IMG/VR virus record: IMGVR_UViG_3300032219_002666
Coordinates: 1-43,343 of that record
Length of the DNA stretch: 43,343 nt
Source: a virus
Taxonomy: Duplodnaviria; Caudoviricetes
Direction: 5' to 3' (one strand)
The notes under the pieces are model-generated. The model saw only the letters and a list, made by a program, of their open reading frames with translations, was not told where the DNA came from and ran no database searches. Shown here one piece after another: positions 9,640-17,988 of this stretch (position 1 is the stretch's first letter; every line of letters begins with the position of its first letter). The position numbers were made by a program, and so were the translations under genes.

Positions 9640-10461
9640 ATGGTACAAAAAGTTTTTTACAACGCATCTATGCCCCGAGCAGGATCAACTTTAATACAAA
9701 ATGTTTTAATGCAAAATCCTAATATATATTCAACCCCTACATCAGGTGTAATTGAATTTTTATTAAATGCTAGAACTATTTACACAACGGGAGATGCTTT
9801 TAAAGCGCAAGACCCGGAAACAATGAAATCTGGTTTTAAAAATTTTTGTAAAGCAGGATTACACGGGTTTTATAATGGTATTACTGATCGTCCTTATGTA
9901 ATGGAAAAAAGTAGAGGATGGTTAGGACATCAAAATTTTATTGAATTTTTTACCGATGAAAAACCTAAGATGATCGTTATGGTTCGTGATTTACGTGCTA
10001 TATTTGCTTCTATGGAAAAAAATCTTAGAAAAAATCCCGATAAAGATTCATTAATTATAAATGGAGTTGAATTAAAAAATATGACCACTTCTGCTCGTAT
10101 TGATCATTTCTCTATAACACCTCCTATTGGCCCTTCAATAGAATGGCTCTCAGAAGTATTCCATCAAGAATTAGATAAAGATATTCTATTCATTCGTTTT
10201 GAAGATTTTACAGTAGATCCTGAAGAAGAAATGAAAAAAATCTATGAGTATTTAGAGATACCATATTTTAAACATAATTTCAACAATGTTGAACAATTAA
10301 CACATGAAAATGATGTTATTCATGGTATTTTTGGAGATCATACTATTAAATCTCAAATAAAACCTGTAATTTCTGATTATAATCAAATACTAGGATATGA
10401 TCAAAGTAATAGATTAAAACAACATTACGATTGGTATTTTAAAGCTTTTAATTATTTATAA
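9640..10461 (+). CDS. PAPS-dependent sulfotransferase
   Basis: 5'-PSB loop SMPRAGSTLI, 3'-PB motif MVRDLRAIFASM, and IRFEDF...PEEEMKKIYEYLEI typical of sulfotransferases. Confidence 0.85.
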   Translation: MVQKVFYNASMPRAGSTLIQNVLMQNPNIYSTPTSGVIEFLLNARTIYTTGDAFKAQDPETMKSGFKNFCKAGLHGFYNGITDRPYVMEKSRGWLGHQNFIEFFTDEKPKMIVMVRDLRAIFASMEKNLRKNPDKDSLIINGVELKNMTTSARIDHFSITPPIGPSIEWLSEVFHQELDKDILFIRFEDFTVDPEEEMKKIYEYLEIPYFKHNFNNVEQLTHENDVIHGIFGDHTIKSQIKPVISDYNQILGYDQSNRLKQHYDWYFKAFNYL

Positions 10462-10468
10462 TATTTAT
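10461..10468 (+). promoter_or_regulatory. ATATTTAT putative late-promoter motif
   Basis: 24 nt before ATG 10485. Confidence 0.45.
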
Positions 10469-10484
10469 TTAAAAATAAAAACAA

Positions 10485-10727
10485 ATGGAAGAAACTCAAA
10501 CCCCAGAACAAGTACAACAACACATTAGTGCAGCCTTTGATTCAGTTAATTTAATCAATGATGAAATCACTAAAGAAGTAACGGATAACCGTAAAGACAC
10601 TGTAAAACGCAACTTTGAACACCTTGAAATTATGATGGGTAAAGAATGGTTTGCAGCAGGATGTACAGAACAACAAACAACTGATATTAATGCATGTATT
10701 ACTGCTGGAAAAGCATACATAGCATAA
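10485..10727 (+). CDS. Small hypothetical protein, possibly tail-fibre associated
   Basis: 80-aa ORF with A-rich leader; SAAFDSVNLIN...RNFEHLEIM resembles small proteins I recall following phage fibre genes (not verified). Confidence 0.6.
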   Translation: MEETQTPEQVQQHISAAFDSVNLINDEITKEVTDNRKDTVKRNFEHLEIMMGKEWFAAGCTEQQTTDINACITAGKAYIA

Positions 10728-10744
10728 AAATAATTAAAAAAGTT

Positions 10745-11182
10745 ATGATATATTGGTTTACAGGTCAGCCTGGACATGGTAAAACAGTTTTAGCATCTGC
10801 TTTAAAGCAAGAATTAAACAATACCTTTCATATTGACGGAGATGATCTGCGCGCTATATTCGATAATAAAGACTATAGCGAGGCGGGTCGCCGTAAAAAT
10901 ATTGAATTAGCTCAACAATTATCTCATTTTTTACACAACAAAGGATGTAATGTAGTTGTATCTTTAGTTTCCCCTTACCAAGATCAACGTGAAGAATTTA
11001 AAACAAAACTTGGAGATTCCATAAAAGAGTTTTATATTCATACTACCGAAATAAGAGGTAGAGAAAAATTTCATGTTGAAAACTATCAACAACCAACAGA
11101 AAATTATTTAGATCTAGATACAACAGCTATTTCAATTGAAGAATGTCTACAAAAAATTAAAAGTTATGCAAAATTGGGATAA
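10745..11182 (+). CDS. cysC: Adenylyl-sulfate (APS) kinase
   Basis: MIYWFTGQPGHGKT P-loop, IDGDDLR, DYSEAGRRKNI, VVVSLVSPY, YQQP. Start moved to aagttATG at 10745. Confidence 0.85.
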   Translation: MIYWFTGQPGHGKTVLASALKQELNNTFHIDGDDLRAIFDNKDYSEAGRRKNIELAQQLSHFLHNKGCNVVVSLVSPYQDQREEFKTKLGDSIKEFYIHTTEIRGREKFHVENYQQPTENYLDLDTTAISIEECLQKIKSYAKLG

Positions 11183-11570
11183 AAAAATTCATGTACAATC
11201 AACATTACCATCTAAACCAAATCAATATGCTCTATTTATCGGTAGATGGCAACCCTTACATGATGGGCATAAAGCATTATTCCAACAAGCTTTAAATGAA
11301 GGTAAAAATGTTTGGATTGCAATTAGAGATGTTGAAACAACAGAATCAAATCCGTTTAATGCTCAAGAAGTACTTGAAAATATTGGAAACGAATACAAAG
11401 AACTTTGTGGACAAGGTCGAGTTAAAGTTAGTATTATTCCTGACATATGTTCGATTGAGTTTGGTAGAGGAGTTGGTTACGATATTATTGAGCATATTCC
11501 TCCCACACATGTAGCAGAAATCTCAGCTACAAAAGTACGAGAACAAATGCGTAAAGAAGGTAAGTTATGA
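11166..11570 (+). CDS. HxGH (cytidylyltransferase-like) nucleotidyltransferase, candidate minimal ATP sulfurylase
   Basis: FIGRWQPLHDGHKAL HxGH motif and C-terminal EISATKVRE; overlaps cysC. Start at aagttATG 11166. The fold call is firm; the substrate is inferred. Confidence 0.75.
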   Translation: MQNWDKKIHVQSTLPSKPNQYALFIGRWQPLHDGHKALFQQALNEGKNVWIAIRDVETTESNPFNAQEVLENIGNEYKELCGQGRVKVSIIPDICSIEFGRGVGYDIIEHIPPTHVAEISATKVREQMRKEGKL

Positions 11571-12031
11571 AACAAGAAATAAAAAAATTCCAAATTCGTT
11601 TTAATGTTAACAGTATTAATGATACTGAACGTTGGAGATTAATTACCAATGGAGATGAAATATTAGTATCTGATATTATTATCAATGGACATACTTATAC
11701 AACAATGGATTGGATGGGAGATCTCCAAGAGTATAAATGGCATATTAGTTGTGAAGGATATATGTGCATTGAAAATAATATAGCATATGTTACTACAGTA
11801 AAAGAAGATGCTGTTATGACTCGTCATATCTTAAAAACATTTTCATATCGAATTTTAGGTACTTTAACAACTATACTTGTTGCTTATTCATTAGGTGTAT
11901 CCCTTGAATTATCTTCATTACTAGGTGTTGGAGAATTATTATTAAAACCAGTTATCTACTTTTTCCATGAACGAGTATGGTACAAATATATTAAAATAGG
12001 AAATAAAAAATTATGGAAGAAAAATATATAG
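11567..12031 (+). CDS. DUF2061-like membrane domain fused to an unknown N-terminal domain
   Basis: RHILKTFSYRILGT...KPVIYFFHERVW pattern with two hydrophobic helices. Confidence 0.75.
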   Translation: MKQEIKKFQIRFNVNSINDTERWRLITNGDEILVSDIIINGHTYTTMDWMGDLQEYKWHISCEGYMCIENNIAYVTTVKEDAVMTRHILKTFSYRILGTLTTILVAYSLGVSLELSSLLGVGELLLKPVIYFFHERVWYKYIKIGNKKLWKKNI

Positions 12032-12891
12032 TTTGGCATGTTGAGGGTGGTTTAGGTAAAAATGTTGCCGCAACATCTTTAATAAGATCCCTTAATGAAT
12101 CTCACCCAGAAAGAAAACTTATAGTAGTAGCATCTTATCCTGAGGTATTTTTAAATCTCCCTGGGGTTTATCGTGTTTATAAAATGGGTTCTACTCAATA
12201 TTTTTATAATGATTATATCAAAGATAAAGATACTATTATTTTTAAACATGAACCTTATTATGAAACTAATCATATTTTAAAACGTAAACATTTAATTGCA
12301 AATTGGTGTAAACTAATGGATTTAAAATATGAATATCAAACTCCGGTTTTAAATTTTAATTTTGTTCAACAAAGAAATTCTTTAAAATGGCAACGAGATT
12401 TACCTATTTTAATTATTCAAACAAATGGAGGACCATTAAATAGTAATTTAGAATATTCTTGGACACGAGATATTCCATATGCACTTGCTTTACAAATAGT
12501 TGAAAAATATAAAAACACACATTATATTATCCAAATTTGTAAACCATCATCTATGCATATTCCGGATGTTGAAGTTCTAGACCAACCAATTTCAGCAATG
12601 GATTTATTTACTTTAATAGCAGTAAGTGATAAACGTTTTTTAATAGATTCTAGTTTACAACATGCTGCTGTTGCTTTAAATAAACCCTCAACTGTATTTT
12701 GGATAGGTACTGCTCCTGAAAATTTTGGATATTCAATACATAGTAATATTGTAGCTAATCCACCATCAAATACTACAAAATTAATTGATTCTTATTTATT
12801 TGATTATTCATTTGAAGGTGTTACTCATGAATGTCCTTATTATAGCTTAGAAGAAATGTTTGACATAAAAGCTATTTTAGAAACTATTTAA
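12013..12891 (+). CDS. GT9-like (heptosyltransferase-fold, GT-B) glycosyltransferase
   Basis: N-terminal EGGLGKNV loop and IDSSLQHAAVALNKPSTVFW matching the GT9 DSGxxHxAxAxxxP motif. Confidence 0.7.
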   Translation: MEEKYIVWHVEGGLGKNVAATSLIRSLNESHPERKLIVVASYPEVFLNLPGVYRVYKMGSTQYFYNDYIKDKDTIIFKHEPYYETNHILKRKHLIANWCKLMDLKYEYQTPVLNFNFVQQRNSLKWQRDLPILIIQTNGGPLNSNLEYSWTRDIPYALALQIVEKYKNTHYIIQICKPSSMHIPDVEVLDQPISAMDLFTLIAVSDKRFLIDSSLQHAAVALNKPSTVFWIGTAPENFGYSIHSNIVANPPSNTTKLIDSYLFDYSFEGVTHECPYYSLEEMFDIKAILETI

Positions 12892-12913
12892 TTAATTGAA
12901 ATAATTTTTGTTC

Positions 12914-12921
12914 ATATTTAT
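12914..12921 (+). promoter_or_regulatory. ATATTTAT putative late-promoter motif
   Basis: 19 nt before the neck gene ATG. Confidence 0.55.
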
Positions 12922-12932
12922 AATCAAAAAAT

Positions 12933-14120
12933 ATGGCAAATATTCCAATCTGGCCTGGTTCATCATCATTTTTTCCTGGGGATACTCCATTTGGATTTTA
13001 TGATAACCAATATCAATTTCAAATTGATGCTGATAAAGTAGCAAAATTTTGTGCTTTACGTTTAGGATATCCTATTGAAAACGTAGAATTACAAAATGTA
13101 AATTTTTATGCTGCTTTTGAAGAAGCAGTAACAGTATATGGAAATGAACTTTATGGTTTTCAAATTAGAGATAATTATTTAAGTTTAGAAGGAACCCAAA
13201 CAGCCTCAGTATTAAATAACACAGTAGTTACTCCTACAATGGCTGGTATTGTTAGAATTTCTCAACAATATGGTGAGGAAGCAGGAGCCGGTGGTAATGT
13301 AACTTGGTATAAAGGCCAATTACCTCTTACACCAGGTGTTCAAGATTACGATTTATCGTTATGGGCTCTTTCTCAAAGTATAACAGGTGGAATTGAAATT
13401 AAAAATGTATTCTACCAACCACCCCCAGCAATTAACCAATTATATTCTCCATTTTTAGGTACAGGTCCTGGAGGATTAGGAGGAGTCCCAGCTGCAGGTG
13501 TTTATGGTCTAGGATATGGTTATACAAATTACCTAATGATGCCTACAAGTTTCACAATTCAAAATATTCAAGCAATTGAAATGCAGAATACAGTGACACT
13601 TTCAAATTATACATTCAATATTGTAAATAATATTTTATCAGTATTCCCTGTTCCTGGGACAGATTTATTAGGAATAGGTGATGAAATAGATGATTTAGGA
13701 TACGGTCAATATTTAATATTTGATTTTATTAAAATAGAAGACAGATTAAATTCAGGATTTGGTACCGATAGGAATAGAGTAACAAATACATCTAATGCTC
13801 CCTATGATAATCCTAACTACAACCAAATTAATTCTGTAGGTAGATCTTGGATATTTGAATATACATTAGCTTTATCCAAAGAAATGTTAGGTTTAGTCCG
13901 TAACAAATACTCAACTATTCCTATTCCAGGAGCCGAAGTAACTCTAAATGGAGACGGCCTAGTAAGTTCAGCAGCTTCCGAAAAAGAAGCATTATTAACT
14001 AGGTTGAGAGATTATTTCGATCAAACATCACGTCAATCTTTACTTGAAAGAAGAAGTAATGAATCTAATGCTCGTGTAAATGAATTAAATCAAGTACCAA
14101 TGACAATCTTTATAGGATAA
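12933..14120 (+). CDS. Neck protein (T4 gp13-like head-tail adaptor)
   Basis: LRLGYPIENVEL near the N-terminus, WIFEYTLALSKEMLGLVRNKY..IPIPGAEVTLNGD, ends PMTIFIG; synteny. Confidence 0.8.
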   Translation: MANIPIWPGSSSFFPGDTPFGFYDNQYQFQIDADKVAKFCALRLGYPIENVELQNVNFYAAFEEAVTVYGNELYGFQIRDNYLSLEGTQTASVLNNTVVTPTMAGIVRISQQYGEEAGAGGNVTWYKGQLPLTPGVQDYDLSLWALSQSITGGIEIKNVFYQPPPAINQLYSPFLGTGPGGLGGVPAAGVYGLGYGYTNYLMMPTSFTIQNIQAIEMQNTVTLSNYTFNIVNNILSVFPVPGTDLLGIGDEIDDLGYGQYLIFDFIKIEDRLNSGFGTDRNRVTNTSNAPYDNPNYNQINSVGRSWIFEYTLALSKEMLGLVRNKYSTIPIPGAEVTLNGDGLVSSAASEKEALLTRLRDYFDQTSRQSLLERRSNESNARVNELNQVPMTIFIG

Positions 14121-14641
14121 TGGCATTATTTGGACAAGCTAGAGATATTTCAATGTTTAGATACGTTAACCGAGAGTTGATGCAAAACATTATTTCTCAA
14201 CAATGTGTTTTATATAAAGTAAACTCTGTAGCAACTAAATCTAATATATATGGTGAAGCAAGTAGTGGAAGATACTTTCAAGAACCTATTTTATTATATG
14301 CTTTAATCGAAAGAGAAGATCAAACAGCCCCAGTAGATGATTTTGGAGTAGGATTTGAATGGCCTCATGTATTTAAATTTTTAAGAGACGACTTAGTAGA
14401 TGCTAATGTTCAACCGGAAATTGGAGACTTTATAATGTGGCAAAATGCATATTGGGAAATAGATAATACAAACTTGAACCAATTATTTGTTGGTAAAGAT
14501 CCTCAATATCCTTTTACAGATTCAAATGGAGTTAATCCATTAGAAACTGATTTAAGTGAATTCGGGTATAATGTTGCAGTAGAATGTCTATGCCATTATG
14601 TACCAGCAGATCGTGTTAACGTAATAAATCAGAGATTATAA
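14120..14641 (+). CDS. Neck / head-closure protein (gp14-like)
   Basis: NIYGEA, PEIGDFIMW...YWEI; position between gp13-like and gp15-like genes. Confidence 0.65.
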   Translation: MALFGQARDISMFRYVNRELMQNIISQQCVLYKVNSVATKSNIYGEASSGRYFQEPILLYALIEREDQTAPVDDFGVGFEWPHVFKFLRDDLVDANVQPEIGDFIMWQNAYWEIDNTNLNQLFVGKDPQYPFTDSNGVNPLETDLSEFGYNVAVECLCHYVPADRVNVINQRL

Positions 14642-15483
14642 TGGCTGTAAGAAAACCAACCCCAAAATCTCAAAAAGAGATAAGCGAATCCCTACACAAA
14701 TCTGATTTTCCTCAGTATGGTAATCCTAATAAAAGGGTTAAAACTACTAGAGCAAATCAAACTTCATGGAAGGGAGATAATGTAAAACCATTTACAGTTG
14801 GCCTTCAAGATATTGATGAAGCTGTATTTTATTATTTTAATGAAGTTATAAGACCAGTTGTAATGCAAAATGGTGAACGTTTATCTGTTCCTGTAATTTA
14901 TGGTTCTCCTGAAAAATGGAAATCATATCAAAAAGATGGATATTACCGTGATTTAAAAGGTAAAATCATGGCACCTTTAATTATGTTTAAACGTAATAAT
15001 TTAGAAAAAAATAGAACTATTGCTAATAAATTAGATGCCAATAACCCTAACAATTATAGTGTTTCTAAAAAAATGTATGATCCTAGAAATGCATATGATA
15101 ACTTTAACGTATTAAATAATAGAAAACCTCAAATTCAATATTACGCAACAGTAGTACCAGATTATGTAACGATAACATATACATGTGCTGCTTTTACATA
15201 TTATGTAGACCAATTAAATAAAATAGTTGAATCTATAGAATATGCATCAGATGCATATTGGGGTAATCCTGAAAGATACAAATTTAGAGCTATGATTAAT
15301 TCATTTGGGTTCCAAACCGAATTAGCCCAAGATAATGAAAGAATAGTTAGAAGTACCTTTGACATTCAGTTAAATGGATATATTATCCCGGATAACGTAC
15401 AAAAAGGAACAACTGCAATTTCTAAATTCTCCAACAGCTCTCAAATTGTTATCAGTGAAACCCCAACAACTAATATTCCTTAA
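14641..15483 (+). CDS. Tail terminator / sheath stabiliser (gp15-like)
   Basis: VPVIYGSPEKW, PLIMFKR, PDYVTITY...QLNKIVESI; directly upstream of the sheath gene. Confidence 0.75.
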   Translation: MAVRKPTPKSQKEISESLHKSDFPQYGNPNKRVKTTRANQTSWKGDNVKPFTVGLQDIDEAVFYYFNEVIRPVVMQNGERLSVPVIYGSPEKWKSYQKDGYYRDLKGKIMAPLIMFKRNNLEKNRTIANKLDANNPNNYSVSKKMYDPRNAYDNFNVLNNRKPQIQYYATVVPDYVTITYTCAAFTYYVDQLNKIVESIEYASDAYWGNPERYKFRAMINSFGFQTELAQDNERIVRSTFDIQLNGYIIPDNVQKGTTAISKFSNSSQIVISETPTTNIP

Positions 15484-15603
15484 TAAGGAATTAAATATGT
15501 ATTATAGAATAAAGGTATATTTTTAAAGAATCATACTAATATTTTTTTAAAAAGTTTTTGCAAATGTTGTAGAAAGTATTATTTACTTTTGAAAAAAGAC
15601 AAT

Positions 15604-15611
15604 ATATTTAT
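15604..15611 (+). promoter_or_regulatory. ATATTTAT putative late-promoter motif
   Basis: 30 nt before the sheath ATG. Confidence 0.55.
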
Positions 15612-15633
15612 TATCAAATAAAATTAATCTAAA

Positions 15634-17361
15634 ATGGCAGAAACACTTTTATCTCCTGGCGTATTATCAAGAGAAAATGATTCAACAGTAACAGCCGCCG
15701 CTCCTGCTCCTATAGGTGCTTCTATTATCGGCCCAACTGTTTTAGGACAACCTTATATTCCACGCAGAGTCACTACATTTAGTGAATATTTAACTTACTT
15801 CGGTGGAAGTTTTATCAGTGCATCAAGTAATCAATATACTTATTTCACATCAACAGCTGCATTTAATTATTTTCAAAATGGTGGAAATAGTTTATGGGTT
15901 ACACGTGTAGCTAGTGGTAACTTCGCACCTGCAACATCAAGTTTTATTGCTTCTGGTTCAGCTGGTGGTCCTACTACTGGCCAATCAGTATTTGTTCTTC
16001 AAACATTAAGTTGGGGTGCTAATCAAAATAGTACTTCATCTCTAGATGCTAGTGGATCATTAGCATCAGGATCAAATGTTAACATAAGATGGGAAATTGT
16101 TAATGCCAATACCGCATCAGGTACATTTAACTTATTAATTCGTCGTGGTAATGATAATAATAATGTTAAAAATGTATTAGAAACTTGGGGCCCAGTATCA
16201 TTAGATCCAACTCAAATTAACTACATTGAAAAAGTAATCGGTAATCAAACATTTAGCACATCATCCGACAATTTATATGTAAATACTGCAGGTAATTATC
16301 CTAATAAGAGTAATTATGTTACAGTAAAACAAGTAAACTTTACTACTCCAAATTATTTTGATAATTTAGGATTCGCTAAAAACCAATTCACAGGATCTAT
16401 CCCTGCAAATGGTTCAGGATCATTTGGTGCCGCAATTGGTAACTTAACAAATGGTGGTGATTTATACAATCAAAGTATTTCAAACACTAACACTCAAGGT
16501 TTATCAGCTACCGCTTATACTACCGCTATTACATTGATGTCAAATCAAGATGAATATGCTTACAATGTAATTGCTACTCCTGGATTGTGTTATGCTGCCG
16601 CAACTCATCAAACTCAATTAAAAACCTTAATTAATAATACTCAAAATAGAGGTGATGCTATTGCAGTAATTGATCTTGAATTATATAATAGTACAGTTAG
16701 TGCAGCTTCAAATACAGCAACTAGTATTGATAGTTCATATGCGGCTTCATATTGGCCTTGGGTTCAAACAGTAGATCCTATTACAGGTGAATTTACTTGG
16801 GTCCCAGCATCAACGATGATTCCTGCAGTTTATGCTTTTAACGATACAACAGCGGCTCCATGGTTTGCTCCAGCAGGTTTAAATCGTGGTTCAATAACTA
16901 CTGTAGTAAGAGCTGAAAAGAAATTAACTCAAGCAGATAGAAATACATTATATCAAAACAAAGTAAACCCAGTAGCTACATTCCCTGGTTCAGGTGTTGT
17001 AGTATTCGGTCAGAAAACATTACAAACTCAGCCATCTGCACTTGATCGTGTAAATGTTCGTAGATTGTTAATTACTTTGAAAGATAGAATTAACCAAATT
17101 TCAAATACATTAGTGTTCGAACAAAACACAATTGCTACTAGAAATAGTTTCTTATCTCAAGTTAACCCATACTTAGAATCAGTACAACAACAACAAGGAT
17201 TGTATGCATTTAAAGTAGTAATGGATGATTCAAATAATACCCCGGAAGCTATCGATAGAAATCAGTTAATTGGTCAAATTTATTTACAACCAACTAAAAC
17301 AGCTGAATTTATTATCCTAGATTTCAACATCCTTCCTACTGGAGCTACTTTCCCAGCATAA
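15634..17361 (+). CDS. Contractile tail sheath protein (gp18-like)
   Basis: LSPGVLSREND, YFQNGG, YWPWV, PWFAPAGLNRG, VFGQKTL, RVNVRRLL, FEQN, LQPTKTAEFIILDF. Confidence 0.95.
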   Translation: MAETLLSPGVLSRENDSTVTAAAPAPIGASIIGPTVLGQPYIPRRVTTFSEYLTYFGGSFISASSNQYTYFTSTAAFNYFQNGGNSLWVTRVASGNFAPATSSFIASGSAGGPTTGQSVFVLQTLSWGANQNSTSSLDASGSLASGSNVNIRWEIVNANTASGTFNLLIRRGNDNNNVKNVLETWGPVSLDPTQINYIEKVIGNQTFSTSSDNLYVNTAGNYPNKSNYVTVKQVNFTTPNYFDNLGFAKNQFTGSIPANGSGSFGAAIGNLTNGGDLYNQSISNTNTQGLSATAYTTAITLMSNQDEYAYNVIATPGLCYAAATHQTQLKTLINNTQNRGDAIAVIDLELYNSTVSAASNTATSIDSSYAASYWPWVQTVDPITGEFTWVPASTMIPAVYAFNDTTAAPWFAPAGLNRGSITTVVRAEKKLTQADRNTLYQNKVNPVATFPGSGVVVFGQKTLQTQPSALDRVNVRRLLITLKDRINQISNTLVFEQNTIATRNSFLSQVNPYLESVQQQQGLYAFKVVMDDSNNTPEAIDRNQLIGQIYLQPTKTAEFIILDFNILPTGATFPA

Positions 17362-17376
17362 TTCTTTAAAAGTTGA

Positions 17377-17384
17377 ATATTTAT
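17377..17384 (+). promoter_or_regulatory. ATATTTAT putative late-promoter motif
   Basis: 24 nt before the tube ATG. Confidence 0.55.
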
Positions 17385-17400
17385 AATAAAATAAAATAAA

Positions 17401-17889
17401 ATGGCAATATTAGATTCAAACGAAATTTTCTTCACAGCCTTTGAACCTAAGGTACAGAATAGATTTATTATGTACGTAGATGGTATCCCTGCATATTTAA
17501 TTAAAGGAATTTCATCTGTAGGATTTTCACAGGATGAAATCATATTGAATCACATAAACGTTTACCGTAAAGTAAAAGGTAAATTAAAATGGAATGATTT
17601 AACAATGACCCTATTCGATCCAATTACACCTTCAGGTGCACAAGCGGTAATGGAATGGGTTCGTTTACACCACGAATCAGTAACAGGTCGTGATGGATAT
17701 TCGGATATGTATAAAAAAGATTTACGTATCGATGTATTAGGCCCTGTAGGTGATATAGTTTCAGAATGGGTAATCAAAGGAGCCTTTATTAAAACAGGTG
17801 AATTTGGTGAGTACAACTGGGATACTGACAACGCAGCTCAAAACTTAACAGTTACTTTAGGAATGGATTACTGCGTATTGAATTTCTAA
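17401..17889 (+). CDS. Tail tube protein (gp19-like)
   Basis: 162 aa directly after the sheath; FEPKVQNRF, GKLKWNDLTMTLFD, YKKD, WVIKGAFI. Confidence 0.9.
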   Translation: MAILDSNEIFFTAFEPKVQNRFIMYVDGIPAYLIKGISSVGFSQDEIILNHINVYRKVKGKLKWNDLTMTLFDPITPSGAQAVMEWVRLHHESVTGRDGYSDMYKKDLRIDVLGPVGDIVSEWVIKGAFIKTGEFGEYNWDTDNAAQNLTVTLGMDYCVLNF

Positions 17890-17912
17890 TCAAGCCACTA
17901 CAAATATAGAAA

Positions 17913-17942
17913 GAGCTCGCATTTTTGCGAGCTCCTTTTTTT
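17913..17942 (+). terminator. Intrinsic terminator after the tail tube gene
   Basis: gagctcgca-tttt-tgcgagctc perfect 9-bp stem followed by a T7 run. Confidence 0.85.
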
Positions 17943-17952
17943 CATATTTATG

Positions 17953-17983
17953 TTGGAGGTGTAAAAAAATTAGTGTATATTTT
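17953..17983 (+). promoter_or_regulatory. TTGG-N19-TATATTTT putative early/host-sigma promoter
   Basis: 19-nt spacer; ends 5 nt before ATG 17989. Confidence 0.55.
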
Positions 17984-17988
17984 ATAAT

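Noticed and set aside
15484-15633. ncRNA, tRNA or origin in this 150-nt intergenic gap
   Set aside because: Very AT-rich, with only a 6-bp hairpin and a 9-codon ORF; no cloverleaf or iterons visible.
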